This document shows, in pieces, positions 20,931-30,792 of a DNA stretch of 64,000 bases (the stretch's first letter is position 1; each line of letters starts with the position of its first letter). The notes below the pieces were generated by a model. The model saw only the letters and a list, made by a program, of their open reading frames with translations. It was not told the origin of the DNA and did not search any database. The stretch is from Clostridia bacterium. Its GTDB lineage: Bacteria > CBDUZB01 > JAGLHV01. The translations under genes were made by a program, and so were the position numbers. The stretch is from contig DAOVVV010000009.1 of NCBI GenBank assembly GCA_030637025.1, positions 268 through 64,267 on the forward strand, read 5' to 3'.

Positions 20931-21782
20931 TTATCCATTCTTAACATAATAAGAATAAAGATGATCAAAAAAAGCAAACTTATTTAGAGAAGTGCATTCA
21001 TCTATTAAAGTCATTATTTTTCCAAAAAAACAGTTGGCAAAAGGGATATTTTTAAAAGGATTAAACATTCCACCCGATGTCCAATATCTATATTGTAAAT
21101 TAAAACCTTTGCTTGAGAGATATGAATCCAAAAATTTTTTAGAATAAAAATTTAAATGCTCAGGGGGTGAATACATATGCCACCTCATTGATGTAAAAGC
21201 ATCTATTATCCAACGTTTAATAGATTGATGCGTTGGTATCATAACAACCATAATCCCATCAGGAGTCACTATCCTGGCTAGTTTATCTAACGAAACTACC
21301 GGATTTACTAAATGTTCAATAAGAGCGTAACAAGTAACTACTTCATATTTTTTATTAAACTTTATGTTTTCAAAAAACCCATTGTAAACAGTCAAACCCC
21401 TTTTCCTTGCAATTTGTATGTTGTTTCTGTCTAATTCAACTCCTTCCACAGCAATCCCACTATCCCAATGCATCAGAAAATCACCAGTTCTACACCCTAC
21501 ATCCAAAACACTCACCGGTTTTCGCCCTAATAGTCTCATTATTATTTTAACTTGATTAGCCCAATACCTATTTTCCCTAAATTCTTCGGAATAACTTAAC
21601 TTTCCTCCCTCTGTCACTTTTTCATAAATTTTAGACAGATCAACTTCATCGTGTTCCTTAATATTAAAAAATCGAGAGTCACAATTTTTACATTCAAATA
21701 GCGTATACAAGTGATTAACATGTGGACTTTCAATTTGTTTAATAATACTAATTCTGTCTGATTTACAAAATTTACAATTCAA
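20931..21782 (-). CDS. Class I SAM-dependent methyltransferase with N-terminal Zn-binding CxxC pairs
   Basis: CKFC...CKNC; VLDVGCRTG; IEHLVNP; PPEHL. Confidence 0.88.
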   Translation of the reverse strand: MNCKFCKSDRISIIKQIESPHVNHLYTLFECKNCDSRFFNIKEHDEVDLSKIYEKVTEGGKLSYSEEFRENRYWANQVKIIMRLLGRKPVSVLDVGCRTGDFLMHWDSGIAVEGVELDRNNIQIARKRGLTVYNGFFENIKFNKKYEVVTCYALIEHLVNPVVSLDKLARIVTPDGIMVVMIPTHQSIKRWIIDAFTSMRWHMYSPPEHLNFYSKKFLDSYLSSKGFNLQYRYWTSGGMFNPFKNIPFANCFFGKIMTLIDECTSLNKFAFFDHLYSYYVKNG

Positions 21783-21783
21783 T

Positions 21784-22839
21784 TTATTTAACCTCTATCC
21801 CTTGATAAATTTTTAAAATTTCCCCAACATTATCTTCTAATTCCATATCACACAATTTGTTTTGGTAGTACTCATAATTATTTAATACGCCCTTTACTTT
21901 CAAGATAAACTCATTAATATCTCTCTTCTTGAATAAAATTGTAGATTCTGCCCTCCGACACACATCACTTGCCACAGTAGGAACTTTAAAATATATTGCC
22001 TCTGCAACAGAAACTCCGTAGCTATCTGTATTCGTTGGCCTTACAAACACATCACTTTTCATAAGAATAGGATATAACTGGCAAGCTTTAGTTTGAAATA
22101 GAAAGTTACTTTCTATCCCTTTTTCCCTGATTTTTTGTTTCATTTCATCAAAGTAATCATAATCCCCAATATCTGGTAAACAGAAGATAAAACCTATTTC
22201 AGGATATTTGGTTTTTAAATTAGCACACAAATCTATGCACATATCAAGGCCATAAAGATCCTCGTCATTGTAAAAAACTATCTTGAAGGCATTTGCTGAA
22301 ATTATAGGTTTGTGATTCTTTATGAAATCCCATATTTTTTTAGGCACTGCTGCAATTTCTTGTTTTTTCACAATAAAAGGAATAAATGCGGAAATAACTT
22401 TAATTTTTTTTTTATTAATACCTATCTTGACAAAATTATCTTTAATATGTGAGTTAACAGCAATAATATAGAAATTTAATTTAGATATTAAATTAATTAA
22501 AAGCTTACTTATTTGTTCAGTGATTTCATTTTTTTCTCTTAAACTATGATAAGTTATTACTACTTTTTTACCTAAAATCAAACAAAATAATGATTTTATT
22601 AGCATAGCAAAGTTGTACCCTGAAGAATGAAAATGTATAATTTTTTCTTTTGGTAATAAAAAAATTTGGGTAACCCATTTTTTTATTTTTTTTACACTTA
22701 TATTTCTATCTTGCATATTTTTTACATCATAAACCGTACACTTAATTCCACGCTCTATTAAACGCTCTTTTAATCTCTGAATATGAATAGAAACTCCTCC
22801 AAAAGGAGGAGGATATGGGCCTACTAATGCTATCTTCAC
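21784..22839 (-). CDS. Glycosyltransferase family 4
   Basis: GPYPPPFGGVSIH; RPTNTDSYGVSVAEA. Confidence 0.85.
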   Translation of the reverse strand: MKIALVGPYPPPFGGVSIHIQRLKERLIERGIKCTVYDVKNMQDRNISVKKIKKWVTQIFLLPKEKIIHFHSSGYNFAMLIKSLFCLILGKKVVITYHSLREKNEITEQISKLLINLISKLNFYIIAVNSHIKDNFVKIGINKKKIKVISAFIPFIVKKQEIAAVPKKIWDFIKNHKPIISANAFKIVFYNDEDLYGLDMCIDLCANLKTKYPEIGFIFCLPDIGDYDYFDEMKQKIREKGIESNFLFQTKACQLYPILMKSDVFVRPTNTDSYGVSVAEAIYFKVPTVASDVCRRAESTILFKKRDINEFILKVKGVLNNYEYYQNKLCDMELEDNVGEILKIYQGIEVK

Positions 22840-22877
22840 TCTTATTTTAGTTCCTCATTTTCCATAATATAAAATGC

Positions 22878-25001
22878 TTATATTTTTATAATTTTTTCTT
22901 CTACTTCAAAACTTATCTCTGTCGCTTGAATTAATTGCCATAAAGGTATAGGATACCCATTACTTTCTTTGATGCTTTTAGCAAATTCCATCAATTCTTC
23001 ATAATGTCCTTTTTGAGAAATATTCGTTTTTGTTTTATTTGTTTTCATCCCATAAATTTCTATTTTTTTATAATCGTCTAAACAAATAATCTTTCCATCA
23101 ACATAAATATCCATTTGTTCTTTTGAAATTTTTTTCGTTCCTAAAGCAGTATAAATTAAATTACATACTGAACCATCCTTATATTTAATGCTTGCATTAA
23201 AATTATCATTATTACAATATTGTTCTGTTTTTGAATTTATAGAAAAAGCAGAAACTTCCTTCACTTCACTTTCAGTAAAAAAGTTGAAAAGGTCATAGAT
23301 ATGGCAGGCTTCTCCTATATTCCTGCCTCCTCCCTCTTCTAAATGAACCCAATGCTCTTTGGGAATATAACCAGCGTTCATTCTATAATTTATAATCATT
23401 GGATTTACTCTATTTTTTATTATTTCTTTTATTTTTCCAGCATAAGAAGAAAATCTTCGATTAAACCCAACCATAAAGGGAACCTTTGTTTCCTCTAAGA
23501 TTTGACATAATTTCTTCAATTCCTCTTGATTTAAAGCCATCGGCTTTTCTACAAAGACTGCTTTATCTGTTTTTGCCGCTTCCATTGCTATTTGGGCATG
23601 CAAATTATGTCTAGTACTAATAACGACCATATCCACATTTTTATCTTTTAACATTTCTTTATAATCTGTACTAGCATAAGAAGCACCATATTGTTTTGCC
23701 AATATTTTAGCATTATTACCTTTTCTGGTAATAATAGCATAGATATTATATAAATTAGCTAATTTCTTAAGATTAACTAAATGCACCCCTTTTACAAATT
23801 CACCAGCCCCTATTAATGCTACATTTATTTTATTTTTCTGAAATTTTGCATTAGAAACAATTATCGTTCTTTTAACCACCGGTTCATCATTGTATTTTAG
23901 AAGAATTATTAAATACTTGTCTTTTACTGTTTTTAATTCTTCATAAATTTTAGGCGCCTCTTCAATAGGACACACTTTATTAATAAGTGATTTAATATTT
24001 ATTTTTTCATCTCTTAAAAGCCTTAAATATTCTTGCATATTTCTATTTTCTGTCCAACGAACATAAGCATATGGATAATCTTTCCCTTTCTGCTCATATT
24101 TTTCATCATACCTTCCAGGGCCATACGAAGTAGAAATAAAAATATCTAATTCTTTTTTATAAAATTCATCCCTTTTAATATCCAGGCCTACTGCCCCGAC
24201 AATAACTACCTTCCCTTTTTTCCGGCACATTTCTATAGCTTGATTTATTACTTCACTATTCTCTGTAGAGGCAGCTATAACAACAGAATCTACACCATAT
24301 CCATCAGAAAAGTTTATTACTTCTCTAACAATATCATCTTGGGTAACATTTAACCCTTTATCCATACCCAAAGAAAGGGCAAGATCTATTCGTTTTTGAT
24401 TTATATCTATTCCAACGACTCTACATCCATTCGCTTTTAACATTTGGGAAATTAATTGTCCTAAAATGCCAAGTCCAATAACCGCAATAAAATCTCCCAA
24501 TTTTGGATTTGTACGACGTATGCCTTGAAGAGCAATACTTCCTATTGTCATTGTAGATGCTATATCAAGTGATAAATTATCCGGAACTTTAACCAAAAGA
24601 TTCCTGGGAACAATAATAAATTCTGCGTGATTAGCAATCCCTGCCCCAGCGCAAGCAACCCTATCTCCTTGTTTAATATCATTTATACTTCCCCCTACAT
24701 TCATTACCACACCCGAAGCAGAATAACCTATGGCATTTACTGTGTCAAATTTATTTTTTACCTGAGCAACTGTTTTTGCCAAACCATGTGTTTTTATCAT
24801 CTCAAAAACTTTTTTAATATTTTGTGGCTGCTTCAAAGTTCTTTTATACAAACCTTCTCCTGAACTTTTAAGCCCGGATATTTCTGTGCCTGTTGAAATA
24901 CAAGAATAATGAACCTGAACTAAAACTTCATTTTCCCCAGCAATAACTACCGGTACCTCTTCAACTATTATCTGCCCTTTTTTATTCATAATTTGCTTCA
25001 T
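22878..25001 (-). CDS. Bi-domain oxidoreductase (MDR/alcohol dehydrogenase-like + Gfo/Idh/MocA)
   Basis: ISTGTE, GLGILGQ, SYGPGRYD, VRWTENRN in the N-domain; IGAG, VEKPMA, VGFNRRF, GEACH in the C-domain. Confidence 0.9.
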   Translation of the reverse strand: MKQIMNKKGQIIVEEVPVVIAGENEVLVQVHYSCISTGTEISGLKSSGEGLYKRTLKQPQNIKKVFEMIKTHGLAKTVAQVKNKFDTVNAIGYSASGVVMNVGGSINDIKQGDRVACAGAGIANHAEFIIVPRNLLVKVPDNLSLDIASTMTIGSIALQGIRRTNPKLGDFIAVIGLGILGQLISQMLKANGCRVVGIDINQKRIDLALSLGMDKGLNVTQDDIVREVINFSDGYGVDSVVIAASTENSEVINQAIEMCRKKGKVVIVGAVGLDIKRDEFYKKELDIFISTSYGPGRYDEKYEQKGKDYPYAYVRWTENRNMQEYLRLLRDEKINIKSLINKVCPIEEAPKIYEELKTVKDKYLIILLKYNDEPVVKRTIIVSNAKFQKNKINVALIGAGEFVKGVHLVNLKKLANLYNIYAIITRKGNNAKILAKQYGASYASTDYKEMLKDKNVDMVVISTRHNLHAQIAMEAAKTDKAVFVEKPMALNQEELKKLCQILEETKVPFMVGFNRRFSSYAGKIKEIIKNRVNPMIINYRMNAGYIPKEHWVHLEEGGGRNIGEACHIYDLFNFFTESEVKEVSAFSINSKTEQYCNNDNFNASIKYKDGSVCNLIYTALGTKKISKEQMDIYVDGKIICLDDYKKIEIYGMKTNKTKTNISQKGHYEELMEFAKSIKESNGYPIPLWQLIQATEISFEVEEKIIKI

Positions 25002-26143
25002 AATATTTCTCCTACAATCTTAACTATCCTTTGAGCAGCTTTACCATCCCAAAACTTAGGGCGTTTCACTTTTTTAAAATTACCCTTTAATATTTTCTTG
25101 GTTTCTTTGATTATTAAATTTGCGTCACTTCCTACTAAAACATTTGTACCTTCTTTAATTGTAATTGGCCTTTCCGTGTTTTCTCTAAGAGTTAAACATG
25201 GAATACCTAAATAAGTAGTTTCTTCCTGAATACCACCTGAATCTGTTAAAACAAATTTAGCATTCATATATAATTGCAAGAAATCAATATAAGCTAAAGG
25301 ATCTAATAATTTCATGCTCTTCTTATACTTATTCAATCCAAATTTTTCTATTTGCTTTATAGTCCTTGGATGAACAGGAAACACAATTTCAATGTGCTCG
25401 TTTATTTTTTTAATCGCTTCCAATATCTTTTGTAATGTCTTTTTATTATCAACATTGCTTGGCCTATGTAGTGTCAAGACAGCATAATTTTTTCTTTTTA
25501 ATCTTAATTTCTGTAATATTTTTGATTTTTGAGCTTTCTCTTTTAACCTTATTAAAGTATCAATCATAACGTTTCCTACAAAAAAAATATTTTTTTGGAA
25601 TATTCCTTCTTTTTTTAAATTTACATTTGCATCACTGCAAGTTGTAAAAAGATAGTCGGATAAAGAATCAGTGATTATTCTATTTATTTCCTCCGGCATC
25701 GTCCGATCAAAACTTCTCAAACCCGATTCGATATGAGCAACTGGAACCAAAAGTTTTGCTGCGACCACAGAACAAGCAAGAGTAGAATTTATATCTCCTA
25801 CGACTACAATTAAATCCGGTTTTTTTTCCAAACATATTTTTTCGAATTTAACCATAACATTTGCCGTTTGTACAGCATGAGACCCAGAACCCACACCAAG
25901 ATAAATATCCGGTTTGGGTAATCCCAAATCCCGGAAAAAAAAATCGGACATATTTTTATCATAATGCTGACCGGTATGAATAATAATAGCATTTATTGAA
26001 TTATTCGGATTTATTCTATTGTAACATCTAATTTCATGATAAATGGGAGCTATTTTCATGAAATTAGGTCGAGCTCCAGCAACTAAAAATATTTTTCTTT
26101 TATAATTATTTCTATATTTTGAAAAACAGTTATTTTTTTTCAT
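24998..26143 (-). CDS. wecB: UDP-N-acetylglucosamine 2-epimerase (non-hydrolysing)
   Basis: GARPNFMK, HTGQHYD, GLRSFD, PEEINR, TDSGGIQEE, TERP motifs. Confidence 0.95.
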   Translation of the reverse strand: MKKNNCFSKYRNNYKRKIFLVAGARPNFMKIAPIYHEIRCYNRINPNNSINAIIIHTGQHYDKNMSDFFFRDLGLPKPDIYLGVGSGSHAVQTANVMVKFEKICLEKKPDLIVVVGDINSTLACSVVAAKLLVPVAHIESGLRSFDRTMPEEINRIITDSLSDYLFTTCSDANVNLKKEGIFQKNIFFVGNVMIDTLIRLKEKAQKSKILQKLRLKRKNYAVLTLHRPSNVDNKKTLQKILEAIKKINEHIEIVFPVHPRTIKQIEKFGLNKYKKSMKLLDPLAYIDFLQLYMNAKFVLTDSGGIQEETTYLGIPCLTLRENTERPITIKEGTNVLVGSDANLIIKETKKILKGNFKKVKRPKFWDGKAAQRIVKIVGEIL

Positions 26144-26238
26144 TTTTCCTTTTTCATTTTTCCTTACTTAAAACGATAAAATAAATCATTCACTAATATC
26201 ATTTAAATAACAAGTATCCAAATACCTATGCTCACCTA

Positions 26239-26775
26239 TCATTTTTCACTCAACATTGAAATAACATCTATACCTCTGATATCGTTGGTTCTATTTTGTT
26301 CAGTTAATAATATAATAGTATCTCTCTCTTGTAAAGCAATTTCATCCTTTCCATTTATTCTCGCACAAACCAAATCTTGCTTTCCTAAATCACGAATAGC
26401 TATTTCTACTAACCAGGCAAGTTCTCCTTTACCATAAATAATAAATTTTATATGTCCTTTCTTGTATTCTTTAAGAACTACAGCTTGTATTTTTAATTTC
26501 ATTGTTTTCAATATTTCCATTGTTTTTAAAGTATAATAATAAGATTTCTTTGCTTTTTCGGTAAAACCTTTGGGGGTTAGAAAATACTGGACTTTTTTCT
26601 TGTTTAACTGTTTCACTTTTACATAACCTTTATTTATCAATTTTTTTAAAATAATATTGGTTATCCCCAAAGACATACCCGAGTTTTTAGAAATTTCTCT
26701 CTGGGTAACATTCAAATCTTTGTCTATTTCATTTATTATTTTTAATTCTTTTTCTCTGGATTCTAAAATAATCAT
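26239..26775 (-). CDS. Winged-helix regulator, EPS-associated MarR-like family, with a short C-terminal Rossmann-like domain
   Basis: TQREISKNSGMSLGITN...YFLTPKGFTEK; C-terminal FIIYGKGELA. Confidence 0.85.
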   Translation of the reverse strand: MIILESREKELKIINEIDKDLNVTQREISKNSGMSLGITNIILKKLINKGYVKVKQLNKKKVQYFLTPKGFTEKAKKSYYYTLKTMEILKTMKLKIQAVVLKEYKKGHIKFIIYGKGELAWLVEIAIRDLGKQDLVCARINGKDEIALQERDTIILLTEQNRTNDIRGIDVISMLSEK

Positions 26776-26797
26776 TATTTAACCACTTTCTTCCATT

Positions 26798-26814
26798 TGT
26801 TCAATATTTGAACA
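26798..26814. promoter_or_regulatory. Candidate operator palindrome TGTTCAA-N3-TTGAACA
   Basis: Perfect 7-3-7 inverted repeat between the -10 box and the regulator start. Confidence 0.65.
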
Positions 26815-26842
26815 TTATAAAAAACTATAAGTTTTATGTCAA
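26814..26842 (-). promoter_or_regulatory. Consensus sigma70 promoter
   Basis: Exact TTGACA (26842-26837), 17 bp spacer, TATAAT (26819-26814) on the minus strand. Confidence 0.85.
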
Positions 26843-26860
26843 GTATTTTTTATTGAAAAA

Positions 26861-26897
26861 CAATGTGGGTTTGGATATATATTCCAAACCCACATTG
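26861..26897 (-). terminator. 15-bp perfect hairpin, probable intrinsic terminator of the upstream nucleotide-sugar transcript
   Basis: caatgtgggtttgga-N7-tccaaacccacattg, followed on the minus strand by TTTTT. Confidence 0.6.
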
Positions 26898-27043
26898 AAT
26901 GAAACTACTTTAAATATTATAATAGCATTACAATATATTGAACAAAATATTACAATACTAAAATAATATATTTTGATTTCTTAACTATTTTCTTTTTTAA
27001 TCTTATTATAAATATTTTCTATTTTTTTACAATCTTCGTTCAC

Positions 27044-28024
27044 TTAAATTTTTATATCTTTCACCCAATGCCAGTTTGTTCGAAACCATTCCACTGTCCG
27101 TTTGATTCCTTCTTCTATATTTATTTCCGGTTTCCATGAAAAAAATTCCCCGGCTTTTTTAATCTCTGCCCAGGTAGCTGTAACATCTGCCGGATGTTTG
27201 GGTAAATATTTTATTTTAGCTTTTTTCCCTAAAGCTTCTTCGATAAGACCAATCACATAATCTAACCTTACAGGATGATTATTACCTAGATTAACAATTT
27301 GATAACCTATCGGTTTTAACATTTTAATCGTACCCATGGCTATATCATCGATGTAAGTAAAATCCCTGCTTTGTTTTCCATCCCCGAAAACAGGCATTTC
27401 TTCCCCGTTATAAATTTTTTTAACAAAAATAAAAATACTCATATCAGGCCTTCCTGCCGGGCCGTATACTGTAAAAAAACGGGGAATAGAAACATCTATT
27501 CCATAAAGATAATGATAGGTATAACATAATGCTTCCGCTCCCTTTTTAGAAGCAGCATAAGGAGAAAGCGGTAAATCCGTTTTTTTATCTTCACTGAAAG
27601 GAAGGTCGGTATTGCCATAAAGGCTGGAAGTAGAAGCTAAAATAAATTTCTTTATTTTGTGTTTTCTACAAAGCTCTAAAAGATTTAACGTCCCCACTAC
27701 ATTTGTATCCACATATACCCAGGGATTTTCCACACTGACCCTTACTCCTGCTCTGGCAGCAAGATTAATTATTGCCTCAATCTGTCCATGTTTAGCTATA
27801 ATTTCATCGAATGACGATTCAATAGAAGAACGATTAGCAATATCCGCAAGGTAAAAAGAAAAGTTTTCAAACTGCTTTAATTGGTCCAACCTCCATTCTT
27901 TAAGCCGCACATCATAAGCATCATTTAAATCATCTACGGCAATTACATTATCCCCTCTTTTTAAAAGCAGTTCCACAATTTTAGAACCGATAAAACCTGC
28001 TGCACCTGTGACTAATAAATTCAT
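27044..28024 (-). CDS. NAD-dependent epimerase (UDP-glucuronate 4-epimerase-like)
   Basis: GAAGFIG, LAARAGVR, SPYAASK, RFFTVYGPAGRPDM motifs. Confidence 0.88.
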   Translation of the reverse strand: MNLLVTGAAGFIGSKIVELLLKRGDNVIAVDDLNDAYDVRLKEWRLDQLKQFENFSFYLADIANRSSIESSFDEIIAKHGQIEAIINLAARAGVRVSVENPWVYVDTNVVGTLNLLELCRKHKIKKFILASTSSLYGNTDLPFSEDKKTDLPLSPYAASKKGAEALCYTYHYLYGIDVSIPRFFTVYGPAGRPDMSIFIFVKKIYNGEEMPVFGDGKQSRDFTYIDDIAMGTIKMLKPIGYQIVNLGNNHPVRLDYVIGLIEEALGKKAKIKYLPKHPADVTATWAEIKKAGEFFSWKPEINIEEGIKRTVEWFRTNWHWVKDIKI

Positions 28025-28070
28025 TTCTTTCCTCTTTCTATTTTTTAATTCTGAAATATGTCACCTTTAA

Positions 28071-28340
28071 ACTCCTGCTTCCCTGACTATGTAACCATCC
28101 CCTTTTTGGATTTATCATTCCCGAAATCTTTTATCGAAAATCCACTTCCCGACAATAATGTTTTTCTAGATCTCCGGATCAAGCCCGAAGATGACAGAAA
28201 AAAACAATTGTGATACAGTAATGTTGATGCGGAATCTAAAATGTTCTTAAAATATCAATAGATTCCTGCTTTCGCAGGAATGACAACAAAAAGGCACAAA
28301 AATAACAATAAAAAGGCGTAAAAATAACAACAACAGTGAA
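28071..28340. repeat. Degenerate nested REP/MITE cluster
   Basis: Decayed ends actatgtaacca 28086 / ttgtgatacagt 28208-28219 around a REP doublet; 28226-28284 is a near reverse complement of 35918-35975; short tandem repeats follow. Confidence 0.7.
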
Positions 28341-28351
28341 CAAAAATATTA

Positions 28352-29305
28352 TTATATAATTTTGTTGTTCTTTTTTTTATCTATTTTTTGGAACCATTCA
28401 ATTGTTTTCTTTAATCCTGTTTCTATATTTACCTGCGGTGTCCAGCCTAATAATTTTTTTGCTTTGTCTATATCAGGTTGGCGAACCTTAGGGTCATCCG
28501 TAGGTAAAGGCAAATATTTAATTTTGCTTTTGCTTCCAGTAAAATTTATTATGCGTTCAGCCATTTCATTAAGCGGCATCTCGTGTGGATTACCAATATT
28601 TACCGGTTCATTTATTTTGGAATTTAATAATTTATAAATTCCTTCTATTAAATCAGAAACATAACAAAAACTTCTTGTTTGTTTCCCGTCACCAAAAACA
28701 GTTACCGGTTTATTTTCCAACGCCTGTGTAACAAAAGCAGGAATTGCCCTTCCATCGTTCTTACGCATTCTTTCACCAAAGGTATTAAAAATACGGACAA
28801 TTCTTATCTCTACTTTATGGTAACGGTGATAAGCCATAGTCATTGCTTCGGCAAATCTCTTGGCTTCATCATAACAACCCCTCACTCCTACCGGATTTAC
28901 GTTTCCCCAATAAGTTTCCGGCTGAGGATGAATTAAAGGATCTCCATAAACCTCAGAAGTTGATGCCAGCAAAAAAATAGCTTTTTTCTCTTTAGCCAAT
29001 CCTAAAGCCTTATGTGTTCCCAAAGAACCTACTTTTAAGGTCTGAATAGGAATCTGTAAATAATCAATGGGACTGGCAGGAGAAGCAAAATGAAGCACGG
29101 CATCTATTTTTCCCTCTATATAGATATAATTAGTTACATCATATTTTACAAATTTAAAATTTTCATTTTCCAATAAATGAGCAATATTATCCGTACTACC
29201 GGTAATTAGATTATCCAGACAAACTACCTTGTGGTTATCTTTTAGAAGACGGTCACACAAATGAGAACCTAAAAATCCTGCTCCTCCTGTTACTAATATT
29301 CGCAT
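28352..29305 (-). CDS. UDP-glucuronate decarboxylase (UDP-xylose synthase) family
   Basis: [42 protein letters not shown] motifs; start set at MRILVTGG. Confidence 0.92.
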   Translation of the reverse strand: MRILVTGGAGFLGSHLCDRLLKDNHKVVCLDNLITGSTDNIAHLLENENFKFVKYDVTNYIYIEGKIDAVLHFASPASPIDYLQIPIQTLKVGSLGTHKALGLAKEKKAIFLLASTSEVYGDPLIHPQPETYWGNVNPVGVRGCYDEAKRFAEAMTMAYHRYHKVEIRIVRIFNTFGERMRKNDGRAIPAFVTQALENKPVTVFGDGKQTRSFCYVSDLIEGIYKLLNSKINEPVNIGNPHEMPLNEMAERIINFTGSKSKIKYLPLPTDDPKVRQPDIDKAKKLLGWTPQVNIETGLKKTIEWFQKIDKKKNNKII

Positions 29306-29376
29306 ATAATTAGTCCTTTCTTCTTTTTGATAGTCGAGAGATAATTTAAATTTTTCTACATTAAACGACACAATAA

Positions 29377-29401
29377 CGGGATTGATAAATCAATCCCCTA
29401 C
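29377..29401 (-). repeat. Single GTAG-type REP hairpin
   Basis: Minus strand gtaggggattgatttatcaatccccg; same family as 31876-31899. Confidence 0.75.
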
Positions 29402-29445
29402 AACCCAACTGTTAAACTTGGACTAAGACAGATGACATATCGAGT

Positions 29446-30738
29446 TTATTTTGTTCCTATTCCTTCATAGGTAAATCCCTGCTTACGCATTAAAGCAGGA
29501 TTATAAATATTCCTTCCGTCTATTATCACCGGTGTCTTCAATTTTTTCTTAATTTTCTTAAAATCCAGGTTTTTAAATTCTTTCCACTCGGTTAAAACAA
29601 GCAACGCATCACTATCTTGCGCTGTTGAGTACGAATCTTTACAAAAAACAACATTTTTTAATATACTTTTTGCTTTTTCCATAGCCTGGGGGTCATAAAC
29701 CTTTATTTTCGCTCCTTCTTTTTGTAGCATTTCAATTATGGAAATAGCCGGGGCATTACGCAAATCATCTGTATTGGATTTAAAAGCCAATCCCAGAATA
29801 CCTATGGTTTTATCTTTTAAATTCCATATAGCCCTGGTTAACTTTTTTATCAGGAGATTTTTTTGTTCCTGGTTGATTTTTTTTACGACCTTTAATAATT
29901 CGAAATTATAACCATTTTTCTCTGCAATTCTAATAAAAGCAGAAAGATCTTTGGGAAAACAACTTCCGCCAAAACCTGCTCCTGCTGAAAGAAACTCAGA
30001 CCCGATTCTCCGGTCAAGGCCCATTCCTCTGGCTACCTGAGTAATATCAGCCCCCACCCGCTCACAAATATTAGCCACCGCATTAATATAAGATATCTTC
30101 ATCGCCAAAAAGGAATTTGCCGCATGCTTTATTATCTCCGCACTTTCAATATCAGTAACAATTATCGGGGAACCCAAAGGTTTATATAACTTTTTCATAA
30201 TCGTTTCCGCTTTTTTACTGTTTACCCCGATTACTATTCTATCCGGATGCATAAAATCACCAATGGCTGAACCTTCCCTCAAAAATTCAGGATTAGACAC
30301 TATATCAAAGGATACCTTTTGCTTGTTATATATCTTTACCGTCTGAGCAATTTTTTTTCCCGTTTCTACAGGAACAGTGCTTTTACTTACAATAACCTTG
30401 TACCTTTTCATTTGCTGGGCTACTTCCCGGGAAACTGCCTCTACATAACATAAATCCGCTTCACCATTTTTTCTGGGAGGGGTATTTACAGCAATAAAAA
30501 TAATTTCCGAATTAGTTACCCCATCTTTAATGTCGGTAGTAAAACAAAGAAATTTTTTCTGCATTGTTTTCTTTACTAATTCCGTAAGGCCCGGTTCATA
30601 AATGGGAATTTTTCCTTTTTTTAACAAGTCAATTTTTTCTTTATTATTATCAACACAAATAACCTTATTACCCATACCGGCTAAACACGCTCCGGTAACT
30701 AACCCCACATATCCTGCCCCAATAACACAAACTTTCAT
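29446..30738 (-). CDS. ugd: UDP-glucose 6-dehydrogenase
   Basis: GAGYVG, PIYEPG, NPEFLREG, GFGGSCFPKD motifs. Confidence 0.95.
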   Translation of the reverse strand: MKVCVIGAGYVGLVTGACLAGMGNKVICVDNNKEKIDLLKKGKIPIYEPGLTELVKKTMQKKFLCFTTDIKDGVTNSEIIFIAVNTPPRKNGEADLCYVEAVSREVAQQMKRYKVIVSKSTVPVETGKKIAQTVKIYNKQKVSFDIVSNPEFLREGSAIGDFMHPDRIVIGVNSKKAETIMKKLYKPLGSPIIVTDIESAEIIKHAANSFLAMKISYINAVANICERVGADITQVARGMGLDRRIGSEFLSAGAGFGGSCFPKDLSAFIRIAEKNGYNFELLKVVKKINQEQKNLLIKKLTRAIWNLKDKTIGILGLAFKSNTDDLRNAPAISIIEMLQKEGAKIKVYDPQAMEKAKSILKNVVFCKDSYSTAQDSDALLVLTEWKEFKNLDFKKIKKKLKTPVIIDGRNIYNPALMRKQGFTYEGIGTK

Positions 30739-30792
30739 TATTTCAAAAACCCCTTTCTGTTTTTATCTTTTTAACCAAGCAATTATTTACTC

